Shown here one piece after another: positions 19,271 through 30,858 of a stretch of DNA of 61,280 nucleotides. The notes beneath the pieces were generated by a model. It ran no database searches, had not been told where the DNA came from, and saw only the letters and a list, made by a program, of their open reading frames with translations. The position numbers and the translations under genes are program-made. The DNA comes from Eubacteriales bacterium. Lineage in GTDB: Bacteria; Bacillota; Clostridia; Oscillospirales; CAG-272. Location of the stretch: the NCBI GenBank assembly GCA_045533775.1, contig JAZSIK010000036.1, positions 1 to 61,280 of the forward strand. The letters run 5' to 3'. Positions within the stretch are counted from its first letter, which is position 1, and each line of letters begins with the position of its first letter.

Positions 19271-20326
19271 CTATATGTACTGATCACAATAAACGCACTT
19301 GCCGTACTCGTCAAAGAGCTTCTTTATTCCTCTCTCGGTGCGGCTGATGCAATGGGGATTCTGACAGGAGACACCGCGGCGCTCCTTACCCTCTGTGCGA
19401 CGGTCATCAATACCCTTGGTGCCGAGAAGCATAAGGATAAGTGCCATACGGATATATCTGCCGTACATAGCCTGGTCAAAGTAATCTGCCCTGGGATCGT
19501 CATCCACATCCACATTTATCTCTGTCACTCTGGGCAGCGGATGCATTATAGACAGATCATCCTTAGCCATAACCAGCTTTGCGGCGGTAAGCTCATAGGA
19601 GTCCTTAAGGCGCTCGTAATCCTCTCTGTTCTCAAACCTCTCTGCCTGTATTCTGGTCATATAGAGAATATCCAGCGATGGAATTGCCGACTCCAGATTT
19701 TCGGTTTCCACATACTCGCAGCCGCCCACGAAGAGATGATCGTCCTTAACGTAATCGGGCAGAGTCAGCTCCTCGGGAGAGATGAGCACAAAGCGCACAT
19801 TCTCATATCTTGACATAGCCGCAATCAGCGAATGTACCGTTCTACCATACTTAAGGTCGCCGCATACACCGATAACAAGGTTGTCAAAGCGGCCCTTTTT
19901 CTTATATATGGTGAGCAGGTCGGTAAGGGTCTGTGTGGGGTGAAAATGACCGCCGTCGCCCGCGTTGATGATTGGAACGGTAGCGACCCTTGATGCCACG
20001 ATGGGCGCGCCCTCCTTGGGATGACGCATAGCGATAATATCCGAGTACGCGCTGACCATTCTGACAGTATCTGCCACCGTCTCACCTTTTGCCACAGAGG
20101 ATGATGCCGCCTGGTCAAAGCCAAGCACCTGACCGCCGAGGCTCATCATTGCCGAGGTAAAGGACAGGCGTGTTCTGGTAGAGGGCTCAAAGAAGAGAGC
20201 TCCCATTATCTTACCCTTACAGCTATCGGCATAGATGTGAGGATTTTTCATTATGTCGGAGGCGAGACGGACAAGGCCGTCAATCTCCTCGGTAGAAAGG
20301 TCAAGTATATTTACAAGGTTTCTCAT
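19271..20326 (-). CDS. pyrB: Aspartate carbamoyltransferase with a fused C-terminal PyrI-like Zn domain
   Basis: [16 protein letters not shown] and MHPLPR motifs; tail CQNPHC...CVYCDQ. Confidence 0.95.
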   Translation of the reverse strand: MRNLVNILDLSTEEIDGLVRLASDIMKNPHIYADSCKGKIMGALFFEPSTRTRLSFTSAMMSLGGQVLGFDQAASSSVAKGETVADTVRMVSAYSDIIAMRHPKEGAPIVASRVATVPIINAGDGGHFHPTQTLTDLLTIYKKKGRFDNLVIGVCGDLKYGRTVHSLIAAMSRYENVRFVLISPEELTLPDYVKDDHLFVGGCEYVETENLESAIPSLDILYMTRIQAERFENREDYERLKDSYELTAAKLVMAKDDLSIMHPLPRVTEINVDVDDDPRADYFDQAMYGRYIRMALILMLLGTKGIDDRRTEGKERRGVSCQNPHCISRTERGIKKLFDEYGKCVYCDQYI

Positions 20327-20355
20327 TGTGATACTCCTGATTTCCCGTAATAGAT

Positions 20356-20466
20356 AAATAACGAGGGGATTTTTAGATAGAAGCGTCGTTCTTGCGACCG
20401 AAGCAACAGAAATCTATTGCAAGCTTGTCGGAAAACGGCGATCATAGCCAAAATGCAGCGTTATTT
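20356..20466. repeat. ~111-bp intergenic element with imperfect terminal inverted repeats (MITE-like)
   Basis: AAATAACG..ATTTT at the left end and AAAAT..CGTTATTT at the right end; the right end overlaps the pyrE stop. Confidence 0.35.
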
Positions 20467-21114
20467 TGCGCCCCAAACAGAAAGGTAATTCTTAATGCGC
20501 TCTACGTTCTCTATATTCTTCTCATCCTCGGAAAGATACTCAATAATGTCATTTACATCAACGACAGAGTATACGGGGAAGCCGAACTCCTCACCAACCT
20601 CTGCCATAGCAGACTTCTCGCCCTTGCCCTTCTCCTTACGGTCAACCATAACGAAGGTAGCGATAACCTTGGTGCCCTGAAGAGAGGAGAGAATGTCCAT
20701 AGACTCGCGGATAGCAGTACCTGCGGTAATTACATCCTCAACGATAACGATCTCCTCGCCCGCCTGGGGCTTGTAGCCTACGAACACACCGCCCTCACCG
20801 TGATCCTTAGCCTCTTTTCTGTTAAAGAAGAAGGGAAGGTCAAGGCCCTGCTTGGAAAGACCGACAGAGGCAGAAACCGCAATGGAAATGCCCTTGTATG
20901 CGGGGCCGTAAAGAACGGCTCTCTTGTGTCCGATCTTCTCAAGATAAGCCTTAGCGTAGAACTCGCCAAGCTTTGCGATCTGGTCGCCTGTCTTGATCTC
21001 GCCCGCGTTGATAAAATAAGGGATCTTTCTGCCGCTCTTTGCGGTGAAATCACCGAACTTAAGCACGCCCGCACCCTCTAAAAACTGTATAAACTCTCTT
21101 TTGTACTGTTCCAT
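20461..21114 (-). CDS. pyrE: Orotate phosphoribosyltransferase
   Basis: KSGRKIPYF, GPAYKGI, NRKEAKDHGEGG and IVEDVITAGTA motifs. Confidence 0.96.
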   Translation of the reverse strand: MEQYKREFIQFLEGAGVLKFGDFTAKSGRKIPYFINAGEIKTGDQIAKLGEFYAKAYLEKIGHKRAVLYGPAYKGISIAVSASVGLSKQGLDLPFFFNRKEAKDHGEGGVFVGYKPQAGEEIVIVEDVITAGTAIRESMDILSSLQGTKVIATFVMVDRKEKGKGEKSAMAEVGEEFGFPVYSVVDVNDIIEYLSEDEKNIENVERIKNYLSVWGAK

Positions 21115-21126
21115 TATCTATACCTC

Positions 21127-21825
21127 TCAGTCAACAAACTCTCTTACGCATCTCTCATATGCCGCAACGGGATCCTCTGCCGCGGTGATGGGTCTGCCTA
21201 CAACGATATAATCAGAGCCGATTCTCTTAGCCTCGGCGGGAGTCATAACCCTCTTCTGATCGCCGATGTCTCCATCAGCAAAGCGAACGCCGGGAGTTAC
21301 GGTCACAAAGTCTGCGCCGCATCTGTCGTGAACCTTGCCCGCCTCAAGAGGAGAGCAAACAACGCCGTCAAGGCCGGCAGCCTTGGCGCAGGAGGCATAG
21401 TGCATAACGACCTTATCAATAGGCTCCTTAATGAGCAGATCATTTTCCATAGACTCCTGGTCGGTGGAGGTAAGCTGAGTTACGGCAATAAGCAGAGGTC
21501 TTGTGCCATCGGGTCTGGTAAGTCCCTCAATAGCCGCCTGCATCATTCTCACAGTACCTGCCGCGTGGAGATTTGTCATATCCACATCAAGTCTGGAAAG
21601 CACCGCCATAGCCTTCTTTACCGTATTAGGAATATCGTGAAGCTTGAGATCAAGGAAAATCTTATGTCCTCTTCTCTTTATCTCTCTTACGGTCTCGGGA
21701 CCCTCGGCATAGTAAAGCTCCATACCGATCTTTACAAAGGGCTTTTTACCTGTAAATCTGTCAAGAAAAGCAAAGGTCTTCTCCGCGCTGTCAAAATCAC
21801 AGGCAATAATTACGTCTTTTCCCAT
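21127..21825 (-). CDS. pyrF: Orotidine-5'-phosphate decarboxylase
   Basis: [24 protein letters not shown] and IVVGRPIT motifs. Confidence 0.96.
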   Translation of the reverse strand: MGKDVIIACDFDSAEKTFAFLDRFTGKKPFVKIGMELYYAEGPETVREIKRRGHKIFLDLKLHDIPNTVKKAMAVLSRLDVDMTNLHAAGTVRMMQAAIEGLTRPDGTRPLLIAVTQLTSTDQESMENDLLIKEPIDKVVMHYASCAKAAGLDGVVCSPLEAGKVHDRCGADFVTVTPGVRFADGDIGDQKRVMTPAEAKRIGSDYIVVGRPITAAEDPVAAYERCVREFVD

Positions 21826-22769
21826 TACTGAATACCTCCTATTATTTCACTTAAATTATTTATATTATACTTTTTCATTACCGCGGGCAGATCCTCAATG
21901 ATCTTCTTACAAGCGAGAGGGTCTACAAGATTTGCCGCGCCAACCTCAACGGCAGTCGCGCCCGCCAGCATCATCTCAATAACATCCTCAGCCGAGGAAA
22001 CGCCGCCCATACCGATAACAGGGATCTTCACCGCGTGGGCTACCTGATACACCATTCTGAGCGCAACCGGGAAGATAGCAGGCCCGGAAAAACCACCCAT
22101 CTTATTAGCAATAACAGGCTTCCTTGTGCGAAGGTCAATTCTCATACCGAGAAGGGTGTTGATAAGGCTGATACCGTCTGCGCCCGCCGCCTCAACCGCC
22201 TTTGCAATAGCAACTATGTCGGTCACATTGGGCGAAAGCTTTACGATAATGGGCTTGGTAGTAACCGCCTTTACCGCGCGAACTACCTCTGCCGCGCCCT
22301 CGGGACTGGTACCAAACGCCATACCGCCGCCGTGAACATTGGGACAGCTGATATTTACCTCTATCCAGCCAACCTGCTCCTCTTTGTCAAGCAGAGCGCA
22401 GGTGTGAGTATATTCCTCAACCGAAAAGCCCGATACATTCGCCATAACAGGCTTGTTAAAGCACCTTTTCAGCTTTGGCAGCTCCTCTGCGATAACCTTA
22501 TCCACACCGGGATTCTGAAGTCCGACGGCATTTATCATTCCGCAGGGAGTTTCGGCAATTCTGGGTGTAGGATTGCCAAATCTGGCATCCTTTGTCGTGC
22601 CCTTGAATGAAAATGTACCGAGTATATTTATGTCATAGATCTCTGCAAACTCGTATCCGAAGCCAAAGGTACCGCTGGCGGGAATAACGGGATTGTCAAG
22701 CTCAATGCCGAGAAGATCTACTCTGGTGTTATAATTCTGCTTTCCGCATTCTGCATTCTGCATTACCAT
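21825..22769 (-). CDS. pyrD: Dihydroorotate dehydrogenase 1B catalytic subunit
   Basis: [30 protein letters not shown] and INTL motifs. Confidence 0.95.
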   Translation of the reverse strand: MVMQNAECGKQNYNTRVDLLGIELDNPVIPASGTFGFGYEFAEIYDINILGTFSFKGTTKDARFGNPTPRIAETPCGMINAVGLQNPGVDKVIAEELPKLKRCFNKPVMANVSGFSVEEYTHTCALLDKEEQVGWIEVNISCPNVHGGGMAFGTSPEGAAEVVRAVKAVTTKPIIVKLSPNVTDIVAIAKAVEAAGADGISLINTLLGMRIDLRTRKPVIANKMGGFSGPAIFPVALRMVYQVAHAVKIPVIGMGGVSSAEDVIEMMLAGATAVEVGAANLVDPLACKKIIEDLPAVMKKYNINNLSEIIGGIQ

Positions 22770-23491
22770 AAGATCTCCTCCTTCTCAAGCACGGGACCCT
22801 CCTTACAGATCCTCTTATATCCTGTAACCGTCTTACAGGAGCAACCCATACAAGCTCCAAAGCCGCAGCCCATACGCTCCTCAAAGGAGAACTGACCGCT
22901 TGTATTCGCAACGCGATAAACCGCCTTAAGCATAGGCTCGGGACCGCAGGTGTAGAAATAGCTGTAATCAAGCCCCTCCATAGCATTGGTAACAAAGCCC
23001 TTTACACCGACAGAGCCGTCGGCAGTAGCAACCAATACGCGTGCGCCGAGTGCAAGGAACTCGTTCTGATAGAACACCTCGTCAGCCTTGGTAAAGCCAA
23101 GAATTACGGTGGGGTGCTTGCCCTCTTTGATCAGCTCTTTACAGAGCATATACATAGGGGGAACGCCGACTCCGCCACCTATAAGCAAGGGTGTGTCACC
23201 CGATTTTGTAAGATCATAACCGTTGCCCAGTCCCGTAAGCAGATCAAGGCTCTCTCCCTCTGTCATATAACTCATCTGCTCTGTGCCGCGACCTACGACC
23301 TTGTATATAAGAGTCAGTGTATCGCCCTCGCAGTCGCACACCGAAATAGGTCTGCGCAGATAGAGTCCCTCAAGCTTTATGTTAACAAACTGACCGCAGC
23401 GAATACCTTCACAGTCGCCTTTAAGTGTCATAATGTAAACATTGCTTGTCAATTTTTCGTTTTTTGTAATTGTAAATACAGTATTCTTCAT
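22763..23491 (-). CDS. pyrK: Dihydroorotate dehydrogenase electron-transfer subunit
   Basis: LRRPIS, GGGVGVPP, CGPEPM and EERMGCGFGACMGC...CKEGPV motifs. Confidence 0.95.
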   Translation of the reverse strand: MKNTVFTITKNEKLTSNVYIMTLKGDCEGIRCGQFVNIKLEGLYLRRPISVCDCEGDTLTLIYKVVGRGTEQMSYMTEGESLDLLTGLGNGYDLTKSGDTPLLIGGGVGVPPMYMLCKELIKEGKHPTVILGFTKADEVFYQNEFLALGARVLVATADGSVGVKGFVTNAMEGLDYSYFYTCGPEPMLKAVYRVANTSGQFSFEERMGCGFGACMGCSCKTVTGYKRICKEGPVLEKEEILW

Positions 23492-23494
23492 CTT

Positions 23495-26400
23495 TTATGC
23501 ATCAATAGTAGAAATGGTAAGTGTGGTCTCCTCAAGCACGTCAAGGAGAACGCGTACTGTGTCCAGAGAGGTGAACACGGTAACATTGTTCTCTGTCGCA
23601 TACTTTCTGATCTCAAAGCCGTCGCGAATAACACCCGAGGAGGATGCATCGGAGGTGTTGATTACATACGCAATATGTCCCTGGCGGATAGACTCAGCGA
23701 TCTCATCAGATCCGTCGGAGAGCTTTTTCAGCTTGTGAGTACGGATACCGTTTTCCTTCAGGAACTTTGCCGTACCGCTGGTAGCCTCAATGTTAAAGCC
23801 CAGGTTGTAGAATCTGCGGATCAGAGAAAGCGACTCCTCCTTATCGCAGTCGGCAATGGTGGCAAGCACGGTACCGTAGTTCTGCAGATGCATACCCGAT
23901 GCCTGCAGAGCCTTATAGAGAGCGCGGTAGTACTTATCGTCATATCCGATAGCCTCACCGGTGGACTTCATCTCCGGAGAGAGATAAGCATCAAGTCCGC
24001 GGAGCTTGTTGAAGGAGAATACAGGCACCTTAACATACCATCTCTTCTTTTCCTCGGGATAGAGGTCAAAGATACCCTGTTCCTTCAGAGTCTTGCCGAG
24101 GATACACTCGGTAGCAATATCGGCCAGGCTATATCCTGTCGCCTTGGAGAGGAAGGGTACTGTTCTGGAGGAACGGGGGTTAACCTCAATGATATAAACC
24201 TCGTCGTTCTTGCCCACGATAAACTGAATATTGTAAAGACCCACGATACCGATACCGAGACCGAGCTTCTTTGCATACTGAAGAATAGTTCCCTTTACCT
24301 TATCCGAGATGGAGAAGGTGGGATAAACACTAATGGAGTCGCCTGAGTGAATACCCGTACGCTCTACAAGCTCCATAATGCCGGGAACAAACACATTTCT
24401 GCCATCACAGATCGCGTCAACCTCAACCTCCTTACCGCTTATATACTTGTCAACGAGAACGGGCTTGTCCTCGTCAATCTCAACGGCAGTCTTAAGGTAG
24501 TGGCGCAGCTGATCCTCGTTGGCAACTATCTGCATAGCTCTGCCACCAAGAACAAAGGAGGGACGGACAAGAACGGGATAACCGATTCTCGCCGCGGTAG
24601 CAACACCGTCCTCAATATTGGTAACGGCAGCGCCCTCGGGCTGAGGAATATTAAGCTCGCAGAGCAGCTTTTCAAAGGCATCGCGGTTTTCAGCGCGGTC
24701 AATAGCCGCACAGTCGGTGCCTATGATCTTTACACCGAGCGAATCAAGAGGAGCGGCCAGGTTGATAGCGGTCTGTCCACCCAGAGATGCGATAACGCCC
24801 TCGGGCTTCTCAAACTCAATGATATTCATAACATCCTCGGTGGTCAGAGGCTCAAAGTAAAGCTTATCCGCCGTAGTATAGTCGGTAGAAACGGTCTCGG
24901 GGTTATTGTTGATAATAATAGCCTCATAGCCCGACTTCTTGATGGTAGAAACCGCGTGAACGGTAGAATAGTCAAACTCTACACCCTGGCCGATACGGAT
25001 AGGGCCTGCGCCAAGCACGACTATTTTCTTCTTATCCGTAAGAATGGATGCATTCTCTCCGTCATAGGAGGAGTAGAAATAAGGAATATATGCGCCTGTA
25101 TGACAGGTGTCAACCATACGGAAGGAAGGAATCACCTTCTGCTGATGGCGATATTCCATAACATCTCTTTCCGTACAGCCCCAGAGCTTTGCAATATACT
25201 TATCAGAGAAGCCAAGCTTCTTTGCCTCGCGCAGAGTCTTTTCGTCGCGATTTTCTCTGAGTATATTCTCATAAGTAACGATATTTCTGATTTTTTCAAG
25301 GAAGAAGGAGGTGATCTTTGTTATCTCGTGGATCTCCTCTACGCTGACGTTGCGGCGGAAGAGCTCTGCAATAGCAAAAATGTTGTCATCTCTGAACTGT
25401 GTGATATATTCCTTTATCTCCCCGTCGGTCATAGAGTCAAACTTATGATGATAGAGGTGGTAAACACCGGTCTCAAGCGAGCGGATACCCTTAAGCAGAC
25501 TCTCCTCAAGAGTACTACCGATACCCATAATCTCGCCTGTGGCCTTCATCTGTGTGCCAAGAGTGTTGGAGGCGGAGGTGAACTTATCAAAGGGGAATCT
25601 GGGGAGCTTGGTAATTACATAATCAAGTCTGGGTTCAAATGCCGCGTTGGTGTTGGCAATCTTGATCTCCTCAAGAGTCATGCCTACGGCAATCTTGGCG
25701 GTCACGCGGGCAATGGGATATCCCGACGCCTTGGATGCGAGAGCCGAGCTTCTGGAAACTCTGGGATTAACCTCAATGAGATAATACTCGCTGGTCTCGG
25801 GGTTAAGAGCAAACTGTACATTGCATCCACCCTCAATCTTCAGCTCCTTGATCAGCTTGATCGCCGAGTCGTTAAGCATCTTTTTATCCTTTTCGGACAG
25901 AGTCATAATAGGCGCAACAACGATAGAGTCACCTGTATGTACACCTACGGGGTCAATATTCTCCATACCGCAGATGGTGATGGCGTGGTCGCTACCGTCA
26001 CGCATAACCTCAAACTCTATCTCCTTATAGCCCTTAACACTCTTTTCAATAAGAACCTGATGAACGGGAGAAAGCTTAAATGCATTTATACCCACCCCAA
26101 CAAGCTCCTCTTCGTTGTTGGCAAAGCCGCCGCCGGTACCGCCAAGGGTAAAGGCAGGACGGAGAACAACAGGATAGCCGATTCTCTTTGCAGCCGCCTT
26201 CGCCTCCTACACAGTATAGGCGATCTCAGAGGGAATGGTAGGCTCGCCGTTAGACTGGCAAAGCTCCTTGAACATCTCTCTGTCCTCTGCACGCTCAATA
26301 GACTCAGAGCTTGTACCAAGCAGTTCTACGCGGCACTCCTTAAGAATACCCTTCTTCTCCAGCTGCATAGCAAGGTTAAGTCCTGTCTGACCGCCGATGC

Positions 26401-26665
26401 CGGGAAGAATGGCGTCGGGACGCTCATATCTGAGTATCTTTGCAATATACTCCAGGGTGAGAGGCTCCATATATACCTTGTCCGCGATGGCGGTGTCGGT
26501 CATAATGGTAGCGGGGTTGGAGTTTACAAGCACGACCTCATAGCCCTCCTCCTTGAGTGCAAGGCAGGCCTGTGTACCCGCATAGTCAAACTCAGCCGCC
26601 TGACCGATAACTATGGGGCCCGAGCCAATAATCATTATTCTCTTGATATCATTTCTCTTTGCCAT
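23495..26665 (-). CDS. carB: Carbamoyl-phosphate synthase large subunit, interrupted by one in-frame TAG at 26207-26209
   Basis: [18 protein letters not shown] start; the frame continues past the TAG ([31 protein letters not shown]) into the 866-aa ORF. Confidence 0.93.
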
Positions 26666-26686
26666 ATATATATATCCTCAACTTTA

Positions 26687-27934
26687 TTAATCTCTTAAAT
26701 CGGAATAAACCGCTCTGCCCTCGTAAAAGGTAAGCAGGCATCTGCCGTAGACCTCTGCCCCCTCAAAGGGTGTCGCCCGTCCAAGCGAAAGGAAGTCCGC
26801 GGGGTCTATTGTATATTTTTCATCCAGCTTGAATACGGTAAATCCCGCATCACTGCCGATATTAAATCTCTCGCGTGGTACGGTGGACATCAGCTCGCAG
26901 AGTCGCTTAAGTGTTATCATACCCGTTCTTACAAAGTGGGTGTACATCAGCGGGAACGCCGACTCTATACCTACAACGCCCATAGCGCTGTCACGGAGAC
27001 CGCGGGATTTTTCCTCTGCTGAGTGAGGCGCGTGGTCGGTGGCGATCATATCTATGGTGCCGTCAAGCAGACCGCGAACCATCTCCTCTCTGTCCTCGGG
27101 TGAGCGAAGTGGTGGGTTCATCTTAAATCTGCCGTCCTCCTCAAGATGGGAGTCATCAAGTATAAGGTAATGTGGGCCGGTCTCACAGGTTACATCAAGT
27201 CCCTCTGCCTTTGCCCGTCTGATTATCTCCACGCTTTCCTTAGTAGACACGTGGCAGATATGGTAAGAGCATCCGCTCTTGCGTACCAGCTCCATATCTC
27301 TGGCTATAGGACCCCACTCGCTCTCGGAGCAAATACCCGCGTGACCGTGGGTGCGCGCGTACTCGCCGTCGTGAATGTATCCGCCTCGCAGTAGCGAGTT
27401 ATCCTCGCAGTGTGCCACGATCATTTTGCCAAGCTTCTTCGCCCGACTCATAGCCGATAGCATCATCTCCTCCGACTGAACACCCCGTCCGTCATCCGAA
27501 AAGCCTATTACGTCCTCTGCCATATCCTCAAGGTCGGCTATCTCCTCCCCTCGCTCGCCCTTGGTAATCGTACCGTAGGGGAATACTGCAATAGAGGCAT
27601 CTCTTCTGATTATCTCAAGCTGTCGCTCAAGATTTTCCCGACTATCGGGTGTGGGGCTCAGGTTAGGCATAGAGCAAACTGCCGTGTATCCACCTCTCGC
27701 AGAAGCCGCCGTACCCGAGGCAATAGTTTCTTTATAAGAAAAACCCGGCTCTCTGAGATGAACGTGCACATCACAAAGACCGGGGAAAATAACAACATTA
27801 TCAAAAATAGCAGAGGGGGCAAAAGCGGACACATCCCCTGCAAAAGCAGAAAGAGAAGTGCCGTCAAAAAGCATATCAGACTTCTTCATGTGACCGTTTT
27901 CAAAAACGAGAGCACCGCGGAACAAAGTCATCAT
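26687..27934 (-). CDS. pyrC: Dihydroorotase
   Basis: DVHVHLREPG, MPN, SDDG, HCED, KMNPPLR and ATDHAPH motifs. Confidence 0.95.
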   Translation of the reverse strand: MMTLFRGALVFENGHMKKSDMLFDGTSLSAFAGDVSAFAPSAIFDNVVIFPGLCDVHVHLREPGFSYKETIASGTAASARGGYTAVCSMPNLSPTPDSRENLERQLEIIRRDASIAVFPYGTITKGERGEEIADLEDMAEDVIGFSDDGRGVQSEEMMLSAMSRAKKLGKMIVAHCEDNSLLRGGYIHDGEYARTHGHAGICSESEWGPIARDMELVRKSGCSYHICHVSTKESVEIIRRAKAEGLDVTCETGPHYLILDDSHLEEDGRFKMNPPLRSPEDREEMVRGLLDGTIDMIATDHAPHSAEEKSRGLRDSAMGVVGIESAFPLMYTHFVRTGMITLKRLCELMSTVPRERFNIGSDAGFTVFKLDEKYTIDPADFLSLGRATPFEGAEVYGRCLLTFYEGRAVYSDLRD

Positions 27935-28054
27935 AACACATCTCCTTTATTTTTATTTCATATTATTATAACATAGTAAAATATTAAAGTCAATAGGACA
28001 TAACCGAAAAAGAGATAGGAAAAAAATCGCACTGCTTGTGCAATCTGCACGAAA

Positions 28055-28082
28055 GAAAAAGGCGTGCCAAACGGCACGCCTG
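28055..28082 (-). terminator. Terminator after the ABC gene, upstream of the pyr operon
   Basis: AGGCGTGCC-aaac-GGCACGCCT with an A-run on its left (U-tract on minus strand). Confidence 0.7.
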
Positions 28083-28093
28083 TAATCTGTTAA

Positions 28094-30775
28094 TTATTCT
28101 GTTCTGAGAGCAACAACGGGATCCTTGTTTGCCGCACTCTTCGCAGGTGCGAGACCCGAGATAAGAGTCAGCACTATACTGAGAATAACAAGGAATACAG
28201 CGTTGGAAGCAGGAAGAGCCGCGATGTTCGGATATCCGATAATGGGCTGCAGTATCACATTGACGATAGCCGAGATCAGATAGGTTGCACCAATACCGAT
28301 AAGTCCTGCCAGCAGACCGATAATAGCAGTCTCTGCGATGAAGAGGTTGGATACGTCGCGCTTGCGTCCGCCAAGGGAACGGATAACACCGATCTCCTTT
28401 ATACGCTCAACAACCGATACATATGTGATAATGCCGATCATTACGGTAGATACCACAAGCGATATGGAGGTAAAGGCGATAAGCGCGTAGGAGATAATAT
28501 CAATCATAGTGTTTACCATATTGATAATAAGCTCAAGTGTATCGGTGTATGTTATCTCACGTCTCTCCTCACCCTTTATTTCAACTCCGTTTACCGTAAT
28601 GGTAATCTTATCATCATTCCATTTATCAAGATACTCAGTAACCAGACTCTTGTCATCAAATGATATAGGATATATCTTCACGTTAGATGCCAGATCGTTG
28701 CCACCAAGACTGCGGGCAACAGCTTCCTTGGTGCTCACAAGTGAGAATACGCTCTCACCTGTTTTTTCATTTCTCTCGCCTACGATCTTGCCGTCAACGA
28801 TGGCATCATAGGGAAGATACTCATAGCTGTAAGTACATCTGAAGCCGCCTCCAAAGCTACCGCCATCCTCATTTTCCTCGTTAAGATACTTAATAAACTC
28901 GCTGTTCTTGTTTGTCTCAAGAATATGCTCAGTCAACGCCTCGGTATAATAAATACCGGAGGAAAGCACGCCGTAGGAGATATTATCCTTGGGACTGAGT
29001 ATACCGACCACGCGAAGAGTCATACCGCTTTCATCAGCAGACTCAAGCTCGCCCTTATAAACAGGCTCCATACTGACCTTATCACCAAAGGGACCGCTGG
29101 TGGTTACCTCAACTGTATCAAAGAGAGAGTCTGTGGGATACCAGGTAAAGGTCTTGCCGAGTAGCTCTTCATAGGTAAAATACTCACGGTAAAGTGCTTC
29201 ATTGTAGTCGGGATTACCCTCATCGTCCTTATCCGCCGACTTGTGAATAACCTCTAAAAGCTCAGCCTGTGTATAATATCCAAGCTTTGCAAGCAGAAGA
29301 TCGGTAAGCTCATCGTTAGAATTGAGGACAAGCATTACCTCATCCTTGTCGTTAGCAATTTCTCCTGCAAGAATGTCATATTGACGGATAATATATTCTT
29401 CTTTATTCGGTGCCTGAGACATATTGGGAGCAAGACTGTCTACCAAGCCCGCCAAATCAGAGTATTCAGTATCCTTAAGCACTGACTTATAAATATCCAC
29501 GATCTGCTTCAATGACATATGTCTTGGTTCAGAATCGGGAAGCTCATAGAAGTTTGAGAAAATAGTTCTGTTAAGATCAAGTCCGTAGCCAAGCACGAGC
29601 GCATTATAGTATTCGGATGGCATAGCCTTTACATACTCAATATACTCTCTTGTTATCTCATTTTCAACCAGCATAGTATCAAATGTATCACTGGTTTTGA
29701 TAAGATGCTCAATTACAGACGAAATGTATACACTGTTCGGATTCTTGATTATTTCAAGCTTATCCTCTGTGTCCATCATATTTGTTATAGCGCCCAGGTC
29801 AAAGGCGCTCTGTGTTATTGTAACAGGGTTACCGGATAGCATATCATCCTGCATAGAGGCAATATAGCCCTTGATTCCCGCCGAGAAGGCAAGAACCATA
29901 GCAATGCCGATAATACCGATAGAACCCGCAAAGCCAACCATAGCCGTTCTTCCCTTTTTGGAGATCAGGTTTTTCGCGGAGAGGCGGAAGGCGGTGAATA
30001 CCGACATCTTAGCCTTTTCCTTCTGCGACTTACCGCTCTCGCTTTTCGCTGCGGTGCGCTCTGACTCTATCCTTACAAGCTCAGAATACTCGTCCTTGTC
30101 AACGGGATTTGTATCCTCTATTATCTCACCGTCAAGCAGGCGGACGATTCTAGTAGAATACTGCTCGGCAAGCTCGGGATTATGAGTTACCATTATTACA
30201 AGTCGCTCTCCCGCAATCTCGCGGATAAGCTCCATAATCTGTACGCTGGTTACTGTATCAAGGGCTCCGGTGGGCTCATCTGCCAGAAGTATCTCAGGCT
30301 CGTTTACCAGCGCTCTTGCGATCGCAACTCTCTGACACTGACCGCCCGAGAGCTGATTGGGTCTTTTATAGTACTGATCTGACAGTCCAACCTTGTCAAG
30401 AGCCGCCTTTGCGCGTCTTACTCTCTCCTCCTTGTCAATACCTGCTATGGTAAGAGCAAGTTCCACATTACCCAGCACTGTCTGGTGGGGAATAAGGTTA
30501 TAGGCCTGGAAAATGAAGCCAACTCTGTGGTTTCTGTATACATCCCAATCTCTGTCGCGATAGAGCTTTGTACTCTTACCGTTAATAACAAGATCACCCG
30601 AGGTGTATCTGTCAAGGCCGCCCACGATATTAAGCAGAGTTGTCTTACCGCATCCCGAGGGACCGAGTATAGATACAAACTCCCTGTCTCGGAAGGCGAT
30701 GTCAACCCCACGCAGAGCATTTACCGTCTCAGAGGAGGTAACATAATCTTTTTTTATGTTGCGTAATTCAAGCAT
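28094..30775 (-). CDS. Fused ABC ATPase/FtsX-type permease
   Basis: [31 protein letters not shown] and VVERIKEIGVIRSLG motifs. Confidence 0.92.
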   Translation of the reverse strand: MLELRNIKKDYVTSSETVNALRGVDIAFRDREFVSILGPSGCGKTTLLNIVGGLDRYTSGDLVINGKSTKLYRDRDWDVYRNHRVGFIFQAYNLIPHQTVLGNVELALTIAGIDKEERVRRAKAALDKVGLSDQYYKRPNQLSGGQCQRVAIARALVNEPEILLADEPTGALDTVTSVQIMELIREIAGERLVIMVTHNPELAEQYSTRIVRLLDGEIIEDTNPVDKDEYSELVRIESERTAAKSESGKSQKEKAKMSVFTAFRLSAKNLISKKGRTAMVGFAGSIGIIGIAMVLAFSAGIKGYIASMQDDMLSGNPVTITQSAFDLGAITNMMDTEDKLEIIKNPNSVYISSVIEHLIKTSDTFDTMLVENEITREYIEYVKAMPSEYYNALVLGYGLDLNRTIFSNFYELPDSEPRHMSLKQIVDIYKSVLKDTEYSDLAGLVDSLAPNMSQAPNKEEYIIRQYDILAGEIANDKDEVMLVLNSNDELTDLLLAKLGYYTQAELLEVIHKSADKDDEGNPDYNEALYREYFTYEELLGKTFTWYPTDSLFDTVEVTTSGPFGDKVSMEPVYKGELESADESGMTLRVVGILSPKDNISYGVLSSGIYYTEALTEHILETNKNSEFIKYLNEENEDGGSFGGGFRCTYSYEYLPYDAIVDGKIVGERNEKTGESVFSLVSTKEAVARSLGGNDLASNVKIYPISFDDKSLVTEYLDKWNDDKITITVNGVEIKGEERREITYTDTLELIINMVNTMIDIISYALIAFTSISLVVSTVMIGIITYVSVVERIKEIGVIRSLGGRKRDVSNLFIAETAIIGLLAGLIGIGATYLISAIVNVILQPIIGYPNIAALPASNAVFLVILSIVLTLISGLAPAKSAANKDPVVALRTE

Positions 30776-30858
30776 AGCTTTTTCCTTTTTATTTATTTTT
30801 TATATGTTTATTATATAGAGAAATTGTGAACAAATCTACCGTTTTTGTAAAATAATAA

